From assembly GCA_031425655.1 (NCBI GenBank), contig JANPJS010000034.1, positions 1-64,000 of the forward strand: a stretch of 64,000 nucleotides of DNA. The letters run 5' to 3'. Both the position numbers and the translations under genes were made by a program. Below are positions 28,929-37,047 of this stretch, in pieces (positions within the stretch are counted from its first letter, which is position 1; every line of letters starts with the position of its first letter). The notes beneath the pieces were generated by a model, which saw only the letters and a list, made by a program, of their open reading frames with translations, was not told where the DNA came from and made no database searches. The DNA is from Abditibacteriaceae bacterium (GTDB lineage: Bacteria > Armatimonadota > Abditibacteriia > Abditibacteriales > Abditibacteriaceae).

Positions 28929-29510
28929 ATGAGTGAACAAGGCGCCTTTGACCTCGCGCACGAGTGGACAGGCGATGCTTTAAGCGAATCGGAATCGGCG
29001 GCGTTTCAAGAGGGCAAAGCCAAAGCTCTGCAAAAGCTGTTGCCTTACGCGCATCCTTCTTCTAACCAAGAGGCGGCATCGGTTGTTTTGGAACTGAATG
29101 GTAGCGAATTCGATTTCCGTGTCGGCGAGAGATTTGAAGTGATGGTGTTGGTGCCTGCGAATCGTGCCGTAGCACACTTGCACACTCATCCGGATGCGGA
29201 GCCGCAGAGCTTGGAAGATTGGCAGGAATTTCTCCCAGTCCATGCCGTTCGCCAAGCGCACGTCATTGCGCCCAACGCGACGTATTCGCTCCATAAACCA
29301 CCGGCATGGGAAAATACGGTGCGTCCGATTCGTCGCAGAGAGATCGCCGTCGCCTATTTTGAGGTTTATCAAGCTGCTCAACTGGACGCGCTGCGGAGAG
29401 GCGAAAACGCGGAGAACTTGGAAGTGGACGAAGCAGCGGCGCGGAACATGGCCGCCCGTTTTGGCATACTTCATTGCGTTGGCATCCGACGAGGAGAGGA
29501 AAGGCCATGA
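28929..29510 (+). CDS. Hypothetical protein with JAB/MPN+-like metal-binding motif
   Basis: AAGGA RBS; QE...HTHPDAEPQSLED (E...HxH-x6-S-x2-D). Confidence 0.6.
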   Translation: MSEQGAFDLAHEWTGDALSESESAAFQEGKAKALQKLLPYAHPSSNQEAASVVLELNGSEFDFRVGERFEVMVLVPANRAVAHLHTHPDAEPQSLEDWQEFLPVHAVRQAHVIAPNATYSLHKPPAWENTVRPIRRREIAVAYFEVYQAAQLDALRRGENAENLEVDEAAARNMAARFGILHCVGIRRGEERP

Positions 29511-29677
29511 AAGAAAAGATCACAAATCTTCGCATGGATACTAAAGCGGGGCAAGAGAAGCAGCACAAAATCAAGAAGGCAGCTTTGGCATCAGCAAAAG
29601 CAAAATTCGCGGCGGAACAGAGAGACGGCGCCCTCCCCGCCACACACACTGCCACGCCGTTGAGAAAAGTCGCCTAA
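29507..29677 (+). CDS. Small basic hypothetical protein (56 aa)
   Basis: ATGA overlap with the upstream gene, GGAGAGGA RBS; ends TPLRKVA. Confidence 0.55.
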   Translation: MKEKITNLRMDTKAGQEKQHKIKKAALASAKAKFAAEQRDGALPATHTATPLRKVA

Positions 29678-29719
29678 GCGCGCATCTATGGTTGAAGCGA
29701 AGCCGGAAGAAGAACAACC

Positions 29720-29929
29720 ATGAGCGAAGAAGTCGTTCCTTACAACTGCGATGGGATGGAAAGCCGCAAGCGGCAGAAGGCGACGCCGCAAGCTATGCGC
29801 GCGCGCATTGACGCGGAAGAGAAGGCCGCCAAAGCCTATTCAACACAGAAAGCCTCATCGAGCCGCGTGAAAATCGAAGCTGGACAAATCGAAACCCCGT
29901 CGCAAAATCCCCATCGCAAGGCCGCATGA
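29720..29929 (+). CDS. Small hypothetical protein (69 aa)
   Basis: Purine-rich RBS; ATGA overlap with a mini-ORF at 29688-29723; ends NPHRKAA. Confidence 0.5.
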   Translation: MSEEVVPYNCDGMESRKRQKATPQAMRARIDAEEKAAKAYSTQKASSSRVKIEAGQIETPSQNPHRKAA

Positions 29930-30039
29930 GTCCATTGAAACGGCGCCTGCCAATCGTCGCAGAGCTGCTCCGCCTGCCGCCCGCCAAAGACAGATAATTT
30001 TGAGCGGGCGTTTTTCATGGTTCACGTTACCGACGCATT

Positions 30040-30279
30040 ATGCTGAAACACCTTCTCGCGCTTTTAATTTCGTTCGTTGTCGCGGCGCCTTCGATTCAAT
30101 CCGAGGCCACATCGAAAGCAGTTGGAAGCTCGAAAATGGTGCCTTTTCCTGCAACGTGACGATTCCCGCCAATACGACGGCGACGCTGCAAAATCCGACG
30201 GCGTGCAATTCGTAAAGCAGGAAAACGGCGCCGCGATTTATGAGCTTGGTTCGGGGACTTATTCGTTCGAGGTGCGATG
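30040..30279 (+). pseudogene. Collapsed remnant of a GH78 rhamnosidase allele or paralogue
   Basis: 30081-30279 aligns with 28670-28920 with a ~50-bp internal deletion; preceded by signal-peptide-like MLKHLLALLISFVVAA from ATG 30040. Confidence 0.85.
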
Positions 30280-30399
30280 CGGTCGTGTTTGGCCGGGGGA
30301 ACCAATGCTGAACCTGAAATCTAAGCTATCCCTCCGCCGGATTTGTTTGAACGATTGCGAGCCGCGTTGCAAAAGAACGTCTGAAAAGTCACCTTGCCA

Positions 30400-30434
30400 A
30401 TGGCCCGCAAAATCATTCAAACCGGCGTGTTGGT
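30400..30434 (+). pseudogene. 5' stub (MARKIIQTGVL) of an FAD-dependent oxidoreductase
   Basis: 31/35 identical to 31153-31187. Confidence 0.7.
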
Positions 30435-31099
30435 CAGTTGATAATCTCGTTCGGCCCGGAATAAGTTATGGGGCCTGGGGGAAAACACGGGAAGAGTTCC
30501 AGGCCAAAGCCGTCGTTCAACACTTCGTCGCTGTAAACATCCGCCATGACCAGTTCCCTGCGGCCAAAATAGTAAATCCACTCGAAATCGTAGCGCACCT
30601 GAATCCAAGGATAAAGTTCCTCATCGTCATCCTCCGAAGGAGGTGGGAGTTCTTTAATTTTGATTGTAAAGGGGCCAACCAGCTTCCAAATAATCGGACG
30701 TTCCGCGTCCGGAGGACTGAATCCTGCCAATTGTTGATACCAACCAGTTCCATCAGGATTGAATTGCCATACGACATCTACTCCGCGCCAGCCGCCCACA
30801 GGCCCCTCTCGAAACTTGATTCGATGACCTTTTATGGAACGCAGGGTGAACCCACTGATGAGCGTTGGAATAAGCTTTTGCAGTTCTGTTGGTGGTAGTT
30901 TGGCCCAAGGAAGCAACGCGCCACATTGGCACTGCTTAAAGTCATGGGGATATGGCTCTCCGCATTGGGCGCAATTGCCGCAAGATGGCTTCACCCAAGG
31001 CAGGATCGCGCCGCATTGGCACAATTTGGATGTGTAGGCGTTTTTCGCGCCGCATACATCGCAATTTCCGCCGATTGGATTCTTTTGCATTGACTCCAT
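30434..31099 (-). CDS. Hypothetical protein with tandem N-terminal zinc-ribbon repeats
   Basis: Two GNCxxCG-x8-CQCGAxLPWxK units; ATG at 31090 is an alternative start. Confidence 0.7.
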   Translation of the reverse strand: MESMQKNPIGGNCDVCGAKNAYTSKLCQCGAILPWVKPSCGNCAQCGEPYPHDFKQCQCGALLPWAKLPPTELQKLIPTLISGFTLRSIKGHRIKFREGPVGGWRGVDVVWQFNPDGTGWYQQLAGFSPPDAERPIIWKLVGPFTIKIKELPPPSEDDDEELYPWIQVRYDFEWIYYFGRRELVMADVYSDEVLNDGFGLELFPCFPPGPITYSGPNEIIN

Positions 31100-31152
31100 T
31101 GGTTGGCGCTTTCGTGTGGCTTAAGTTGTAGTAAAACGGAAATAGAGATTTT

Positions 31153-31212
31153 ATGGCACGAAAAATCATCCAAACCGACGTGTTGGTGTGTGGCGGTGGC
31201 GGCGCTGGGCGC
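31153..31212 (+). pseudogene. 5' stub of an FAD-dependent oxidoreductase
   Basis: MARKIIQTDVLVCGGGGAG is a Rossmann GxGxxG start; homology stops immediately afterwards. Confidence 0.75.
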
Positions 31213-31233
31213 GCGTGCTGGGAAAGGAAATCC

Positions 31234-31610
31234 ATGTTGAAATTGCGTTCCCTTTGTCTGTTGGCCTCGTTGTCCACGCCGCTCTGCGCGCAGGAACTGA
31301 CGATGAAGCAAATCGTGCCGCAAATCTCTGAGGCGCCGCTGAAAAATCCCGGCATGGGCCTCTATCTTGGCGGCACGCTGAACGAAAAAGAGCTTTCGCC
31401 CGATTTATGGCCCACACAAATCATTGACATCGGCTATTTCCGCGACGATTGGGCCAAAATTCAGCCGCATGGCCCCGGAACGGCGGATTTTGACGCGTAT
31501 TTAAGCCGATTTTCGACCTTTGGGTGAACAAACTGCACCGGCAAGTGGCTGACGAACGCGAACACCGACAAATACGACACGACGAAATTGGGCACATGGC
31601 AACGGCTCGA
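31234..31610 (+). pseudogene. Decayed gene for a secreted glycoside-hydrolase-like protein
   Basis: RBS, signal peptide, LKNPGMG...YFRDDWAKIQP; frame shifts near 31502 into KPIFDLWVNKLHRQVA, then breaks up. Confidence 0.6.
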
Positions 31611-31768
31611 AGCCTGAGTCTAAACCACGCCGCAAACCGCGCGTGGCGAGCTGGCCGTCGAAAAAGGCTCGCTCGAATCGCGCCCGCAAATCGCGCTGCG
31701 CTTGGACGAAGTGAAGCTCGAATTGGTCGAATCGCCGTGACGGTTAAACTCAGGGTGAGGTGAACGAA

Positions 31769-32029
31769 ATGGCAGTCGCAACGGTAGAAGAGATTTATGA
31801 GCAGGTGAAGGCTTTGCCGCTGGAAGCTCGATTGCGCCTGGTTGAACGAATCGCGCATGATGTGTCGCGGCAAGTGGGCGAGGAAGAACCGAAGATAAAG
31901 CGCCGTTGGCGCGATATTCGCGGCACAGCAGTCGGATTATTAGACGGCGAGGACGCGCAAGAATGGGTGTCGCGCACGCGGCGCGAAGGCGACGCGCATC
32001 GGGAAAAGCAATGGAAGCGTGAGCCGTGA
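31769..32029 (+). CDS. Putative antitoxin of a PIN-domain toxin-antitoxin pair
   Basis: 86 aa; VKALPLEARLRLVE and W.DIRG...EDAQEWV...R pattern; overlaps the start of the PIN gene. Confidence 0.75.
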   Translation: MAVATVEEIYEQVKALPLEARLRLVERIAHDVSRQVGEEEPKIKRRWRDIRGTAVGLLDGEDAQEWVSRTRREGDAHREKQWKREP

Positions 32030-32483
32030 ACATTGCCGACGCGCTGGCGCCCGGTAGCCGCTTGTTTCTTGATTCGGCTCCCGTCATTTATTACGTTGAA
32101 CGGCATCCCCATTATTTGTCACTGGTGGATGTGTTGTTCGATGCGCTTGACGACGAGACTATTGAAGCAGTAACTTCGCCCGTTACATTGGCGGAGTGCT
32201 TGATTCTTCCGCTGCGGGTTGGCAATACGCTTTGCGGCGAGAATATGTCGCAGTCATTACCAATGGCCCTGGCATCGAATTTTGGCCTCTGAATGATGTT
32301 GAGGCGCAACACGCCGCCGACCTCACAGCGCGCTACAATATCCCGTTGCCTGACGCCTTTCAAATTGCCGTTGCCATCGCGTCCGGCTGCGACGCATTTC
32401 TTACCAACGACCTCACGCTGAAACGAGTGCGGGAAATCACGATTTTGGTGCTGGACGAACTGGAACCGCCAACCTCTACATGA
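32026..32483 (+). pseudogene. VapC-like PIN-domain toxin, frameshifted near 32228
   Basis: FLDSAPVIYYVE...SPVTLAE in one frame; LPDAFQIAVA...FLTND in another. Confidence 0.82.
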
Positions 32484-33970
32484 CCCAACCGCTGATTCAA
32501 ATTGAAAGTCTGAGCAAATTTTATGGCGTGGTGCGGGCGCTCGAAGGCGTCAGCTTCGATATTCGCGCGGGCGAAATTCACGCGCTCGTCGGAGAAAACG
32601 GCGCCGGGAAAAGCACTTTAATCAAGGCGTTGGGCGGCGCGCACGCGCCGAGCGAAGGCCGCGTTTTGGTGAGTGGGCAGCCGCTTTCGTGCGGCGTGAC
32701 GGCTTCGGAAGCGGCGGGCATCGCCACGATTCACCAGGAAATCACGGCGTTTCCGCATCTCAGCGCCGAAGACAACATTTTCGTGGGCCGCGAGCCGCGT
32801 TTGGGCGGAATTTTCATCAATCGCGGCCAAATGCGGCGCGAAACGCGGGCGCTTTTGACACAACTTGGCGAAAATTTCGATTCGGCGCGGCCTGTTGGCG
32901 AACTCAGCGTGGCGCGGCGGCAGATGGTCGGCTTCGCCCGCGCGCTGTCGCAGAAAAGCAAATTGCTGATATTAGATGAGCCAACGGCTTCGCTGTCCGA
33001 GCGCGAATGCGTGGCGTTGTTCAAAGTGATTCGCGCGCTGCAAAGCGACGGCGTGGCGATTCTCTACGTTAGCCACCGTTTGGACGAAATTTTTGCTTTA
33101 GCCAACCGCGTCACGGTTTTTCGCGACGGGCGCCACGTCCAAACCTGCGACATCGGCGAAGTGGACAAAGCCGGTTTAATTCGCTTGATGGTCGGGCGCG
33201 AAGTCGTCGAAGAGCGCGATGAATCGGGGCGCGGCGTGCCGGGCGAAGCGGTTTTGCAGGTCGAAAACTTGTCGCGCGAAGGCGCTTTTCGTGACGTTTC
33301 GTTCCAAGTGCGTGCCGGAGAAATCGTCGGGTTGGCCGGCCTCGTTGGCGCCGGACGCAGCGAAGTGGCGCGGGCGATTTTCGGTGTAGACAAACCGACA
33401 GCGGGCGTCGTGAAAATCAGCGGCGCGATTTTGCCGTCCGGTTCGGTGGGAAAAGCGGTCGCGCGCGGTGTGGCTCTGGTGCCCGAAGACCGCCAGCATC
33501 AGGGGTTGGTTTTGGCGATGACGGTCGGCGAAAACCTTACGCTTTCGGTGCTGGAACGCCTGGCGCGCGGGCCGGGGCGCGACAAAAAAGCCGAGCGCAC
33601 AGAGATTGCGAAATTGATGAAAGACCTGTCGGTGCGCGCCGCCGGGCCGGATATTCCGGCGCAATCGCTGTCGGGCGGAAATCAGCAAAAGTTGGTGGTC
33701 GGTAAGTGGCTGGCTTCGCAGCCGAAAGTTTTGATTTTAGACGAGCCGACGCGCGGCGTGGATGTCGGCGCGCGGGCCGAGGTTTATCGCTTGATTCGTC
33801 AGTTGGCCGGGCAGGGCATGGCGGCGCTGGTGATCTCGTCCGACTTGACCGAAATCCTCGCCTTATGCGACCGCATTTTAGTCATGCGCGAGGGCGTCGT
33901 TTCCGGCGAGCTGCCGCGCGAAGGCGCCACGCAAGAGAAGATTTTAGAATTAGCTTTGCCGGAAAAATAA
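32480..33970 (+). CDS. Sugar ABC transporter ATP-binding protein (CUT2 family)
   Basis: GENGAGKSTL, two NBD halves, LSGGNQQK, DEPTRGVDVG. Confidence 0.95.
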   Translation: MTQPLIQIESLSKFYGVVRALEGVSFDIRAGEIHALVGENGAGKSTLIKALGGAHAPSEGRVLVSGQPLSCGVTASEAAGIATIHQEITAFPHLSAEDNIFVGREPRLGGIFINRGQMRRETRALLTQLGENFDSARPVGELSVARRQMVGFARALSQKSKLLILDEPTASLSERECVALFKVIRALQSDGVAILYVSHRLDEIFALANRVTVFRDGRHVQTCDIGEVDKAGLIRLMVGREVVEERDESGRGVPGEAVLQVENLSREGAFRDVSFQVRAGEIVGLAGLVGAGRSEVARAIFGVDKPTAGVVKISGAILPSGSVGKAVARGVALVPEDRQHQGLVLAMTVGENLTLSVLERLARGPGRDKKAERTEIAKLMKDLSVRAAGPDIPAQSLSGGNQQKLVVGKWLASQPKVLILDEPTRGVDVGARAEVYRLIRQLAGQGMAALVISSDLTEILALCDRILVMREGVVSGELPREGATQEKILELALPEK

Positions 33971-33977
33971 GACTTTC

Positions 33978-34081
33978 AATGGAACACGGGCCTTCGGCAC
34001 ACGGATTACACGGATTTTCACGGTTTAAATCGAAAAAACCGTGAAAATCCGTGGCCGTTTCCGTGAATTCCGTGTTCCATT
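33978..34081. repeat. Tandem (CACGGATT)-type inverted-repeat element
   Basis: aatggaacacgg...cacggattacacggattttcacgg / ccgtgaaaatccgtg...ccgtgttccatt. Confidence 0.82.
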
Positions 34082-34107
34082 AAAAACTTTGCGCTCGACC
34101 GCTTTTT

Positions 34108-35073
34108 ATGACTCTCGTTAAACGCATTTTTCTCCAGCGCGAATACGGCGTCGCGGCGCTTTTGCTGTTGATGATCGCTGTCGTGACGGCAGTAGATCAC
34201 AATTTTTTGTCGCGGCAGAATTTTCTCGATATTCTCATGGCGACGGTGCCGGTCGCTATCGTGGCGTGCGGGCTGACATTCGTGATCGTGCTGGGCGAAA
34301 TTGATATTTCCGTCGGCTCGCTGCTCGGCCTCACGGCAGTAGTTTTGGGGCTGCTGACTTCGCTCGATCATGCGAAACAGCCGGTTGTCGTCGGCGTCGC
34401 GGCGGTCTTGGTGCTGGGCACGTTTGTCGGCCTTGTCAACGGTGTATTAGTCGTGTTCGGGCGCGTGCCTTCGATTATCGTCACGCTGGGAATGCTGACG
34501 GCGCTCAAAGGCTTGATGGTGATTCTGATGAACGGCGAGAACATCCAGAATTTGCCGGACAGCGTGCGCTTTTTGGGCACCGGAACGCTGGTCGGTGTGC
34601 CGATTCCACTGCTTGTCGCGGCGGTCGTCATCGCTTTTTCTGCTGGATTAGCGGTTTATACGCCGCTTGGCCGAAGGCTTTACGCGGCGGGCAGCAATCC
34701 GCACGCGGCGGAGTTGGCCGGGCTTTCGGTGCGCGGATTGAAGCTCTTTGCTTTCACTTACACAGGCTTTCTCACAGCGGTAGCCGCTCTGGTGACGGCG
34801 CCGCGCTTGTCGGTCATTGAAGACAGCGCCGGCAAAGATTTGGAGTTGATGGTCGTGACAGCGGTCGTCGTCGGCGGCACGTCGCTGAGCGGCGGACGCG
34901 GCACCATCGCCGGCTCGCTGCTGGCGGCGATTCTTCTGGGTTCGGTCAGCACAGCGCTGATCTTTCTCAAGTTCAGCGCGGCCACTTATTGGGAGCGCGC
35001 GATTCAAGGCGGATTTATTTTGGCGGCGGTTTTGGTTGACCACCTGGCGCGGCGCGACGGAGAAACGCCATGA
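34108..35073 (+). CDS. Sugar ABC transporter permease
   Basis: GEIDISVGS, VPSIIVTLG, VVVGGTSLSGGRG motifs. Confidence 0.93.
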   Translation: MTLVKRIFLQREYGVAALLLLMIAVVTAVDHNFLSRQNFLDILMATVPVAIVACGLTFVIVLGEIDISVGSLLGLTAVVLGLLTSLDHAKQPVVVGVAAVLVLGTFVGLVNGVLVVFGRVPSIIVTLGMLTALKGLMVILMNGENIQNLPDSVRFLGTGTLVGVPIPLLVAAVVIAFSAGLAVYTPLGRRLYAAGSNPHAAELAGLSVRGLKLFAFTYTGFLTAVAALVTAPRLSVIEDSAGKDLELMVVTAVVVGGTSLSGGRGTIAGSLLAAILLGSVSTALIFLKFSAATYWERAIQGGFILAAVLVDHLARRDGETP

Positions 35074-35981
35074 AAAAGCGATTTGCCCACGAAACCGCGC
35101 TTTTAGCGTTACTTTTCGCGCTTTTGGCTTACGCGAAATTCACCGAGCCGAAATTTTTAGCTCTTGATACGCAGCGCAAGCTGCTCGAAGAATTGTGGGA
35201 ATTGGCCTTGATTTCCATCCCGATGACGCTGATTATCCTGACTGGCGGCATAGATTTATCGGTCGGTTCGGCGATGGGCTTGTGTGCCGTCGTCATGGGA
35301 ATGAGCTTTCAGCGCGGATATCCCCCGGCACTGTGCGCGCTGCTGGCTTTAGTCGCCGGATTGGCGGCGGGCGCGCTGAATGGATTTTTCATCACGCGCG
35401 TGAAAGTCCATCCACTTCTGGTGACTTTGGCGACTTTGGCCGCTTTTCGCGGCGTGGCCGAAGGCATGAGCGGCGGCGCGAGCGTTGAAGGCTTCGTCGA
35501 GACGTTTAAGCTGCTGCGCGACCCGGTTCCGGCGTTGATTTTCGTCGCTTTCGTGGCAATCGCCGCGTGGTTTCTGAACGCGGCGCCCGGCGGCGTGTGG
35601 CTGCGCGCAATTGGTTTCAACGAAACTTCGGCGCGCTTTTCCGGATTGCCGGTTGATCGTCTAAAACTGCGTCTTTACGCGCTGTCGGGCCTCGCGGCGG
35701 GCGTGGCGGCTGTGCTTTATGCAGCGCGGTTCAATACGGCCAAAGCTGACATCGGCGATGGCAAAGAATTGGAAGCCGTCACCGCTGTTGTGTTGGGCGG
35801 CACCAGCATTTTCGGCGGACGCGGCCACGTTTTCGGCACCGTTCTCGGCCTGTTACTTATCCACGAGACGCGCGAGTTCGTAAAATGGCATTGGAGCAAC
35901 GAATATATCGCCATCGTTCTCGGCGTGCTGTTGATTTTATCGGTCTTGATGAATCGCTTTTTGGGCGACGGCGAATCTTAA
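35070..35981 (+). CDS. Sugar ABC transporter permease
   Basis: GGIDLSVGS and VVLGGTSIFGGRG motifs. Confidence 0.93.
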   Translation: MKKRFAHETALLALLFALLAYAKFTEPKFLALDTQRKLLEELWELALISIPMTLIILTGGIDLSVGSAMGLCAVVMGMSFQRGYPPALCALLALVAGLAAGALNGFFITRVKVHPLLVTLATLAAFRGVAEGMSGGASVEGFVETFKLLRDPVPALIFVAFVAIAAWFLNAAPGGVWLRAIGFNETSARFSGLPVDRLKLRLYALSGLAAGVAAVLYAARFNTAKADIGDGKELEAVTAVVLGGTSIFGGRGHVFGTVLGLLLIHETREFVKWHWSNEYIAIVLGVLLILSVLMNRFLGDGES

Positions 35982-36006
35982 TTCCGGCCCCATTTTAGGA
36001 GAAATT

Positions 36007-37047
36007 ATGCGTTTACTTGAGCGAGTTGTTCCTGTTGTATTGCTGGGCTTAGCCATTGCGGGTTGCGGCAGCAATCCTCCGGCGGAGACCTCGAATTCGT
36101 CTGGCCCGGCGCCCGCTTCCACTTCGCCTGCCAGCGGTGAAAAAATCACCATCGCGCTGTTGCCCAAGCAAAAGGGCATCGCGTATTTCACTTCTTGCGC
36201 CAAAGGCGCCGAGGAAGCCGCCAAAGAACTCGGCGACGTGGAACTGATTTACGACGGCCCGACCGACGGCAAAGCGGAAAAAGCCGCGTCCATGATTGAC
36301 CAGTGGGTGCTGAAAGGCGTGAGCGCCATCGCGGTTTCGCCCAACGACCCGCAAGTCTTGGCGCCGGCCATGAAATCGGCCAAAGAAAAAGGTATCAAAG
36401 TGCTGACATGGGACGCCGACGGCGACAAAGCCGGGCGCGACTGGTTCGTCAATCAAGCGACGGCAGAGCAAATCGGCAACGCTCTGGTGGACACTCTGGC
36501 TAAGGACATCGGCGGCAAAGGCAAAGTCGCGATCATAACCGCCACGCTGACCGCAGCCAACCAGAACGAATGGATGAAATACATGAATATCCGCTTGAAA
36601 AAGTATCCCGGCATGACGTTGGTAGCGACTAAACCCTCGAACGAGAATCAGAAGATCGCTTTTACCGCCACGCAGGATTTGATGAAGGCGTATCCCGATT
36701 TGAAAGGCGTTTTCGCCATCAGTTCGGCGGCGTTTCCCGGCGCGGCGGAAGCGATTAAACAGTCCGGCAACAATGGCAAAGTCATGGTCACCGGCCTTTC
36801 GACGCCCAACGACATGAAAGCCTATGTCAAAGGCGGAACCGTGAAATCCGTCATTCTGTGGAACACCGTTGATCTCGGCTATCTCGCGGTTCAGGCGGCG
36901 CACGCGGCTGTCAAAGGCGACCTCAGAACGGGCGCCAAAACCTTCAAAGCCGGGCGTTTGGGCGAAAAGAAAATCGCCGGCGACAACGTGCTGCTCGGCG
37001 ATATTTTGGTCTTCACTAAAGACAACATTGACAAATATGATTTTTAA
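36007..37047 (+). CDS. Sugar ABC transporter substrate-binding lipoprotein (RhaS/LsrB-like)
   Basis: Lipobox IAGC; PK..G..YF, WDAD, NQNEW and LWNTVDLGY motifs. Confidence 0.88.
   Translation: MRLLERVVPVVLLGLAIAGCGSNPPAETSNSSGPAPASTSPASGEKITIALLPKQKGIAYFTSCAKGAEEAAKELGDVELIYDGPTDGKAEKAASMIDQWVLKGVSAIAVSPNDPQVLAPAMKSAKEKGIKVLTWDADGDKAGRDWFVNQATAEQIGNALVDTLAKDIGGKGKVAIITATLTAANQNEWMKYMNIRLKKYPGMTLVATKPSNENQKIAFTATQDLMKAYPDLKGVFAISSAAFPGAAEAIKQSGNNGKVMVTGLSTPNDMKAYVKGGTVKSVILWNTVDLGYLAVQAAHAAVKGDLRTGAKTFKAGRLGEKKIAGDNVLLGDILVFTKDNIDKYDF

Noticed and set aside
29930..30025. Integron attC-like site after the JAB cassette
   Set aside because: Only an imperfect inverted repeat; no convincing RYYYAAC/GTTRRRY boxes and no integron integrase.
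30077..30898. 273-aa plus-strand ORF
   Set aside because: Chimera of the GH78 remnant and the antisense of 30434..31099.
31153..31527. 124-aa ORF as a single real gene
   Set aside because: In-frame join of an oxidoreductase stub and a separate decayed gene with its own RBS at 31234.
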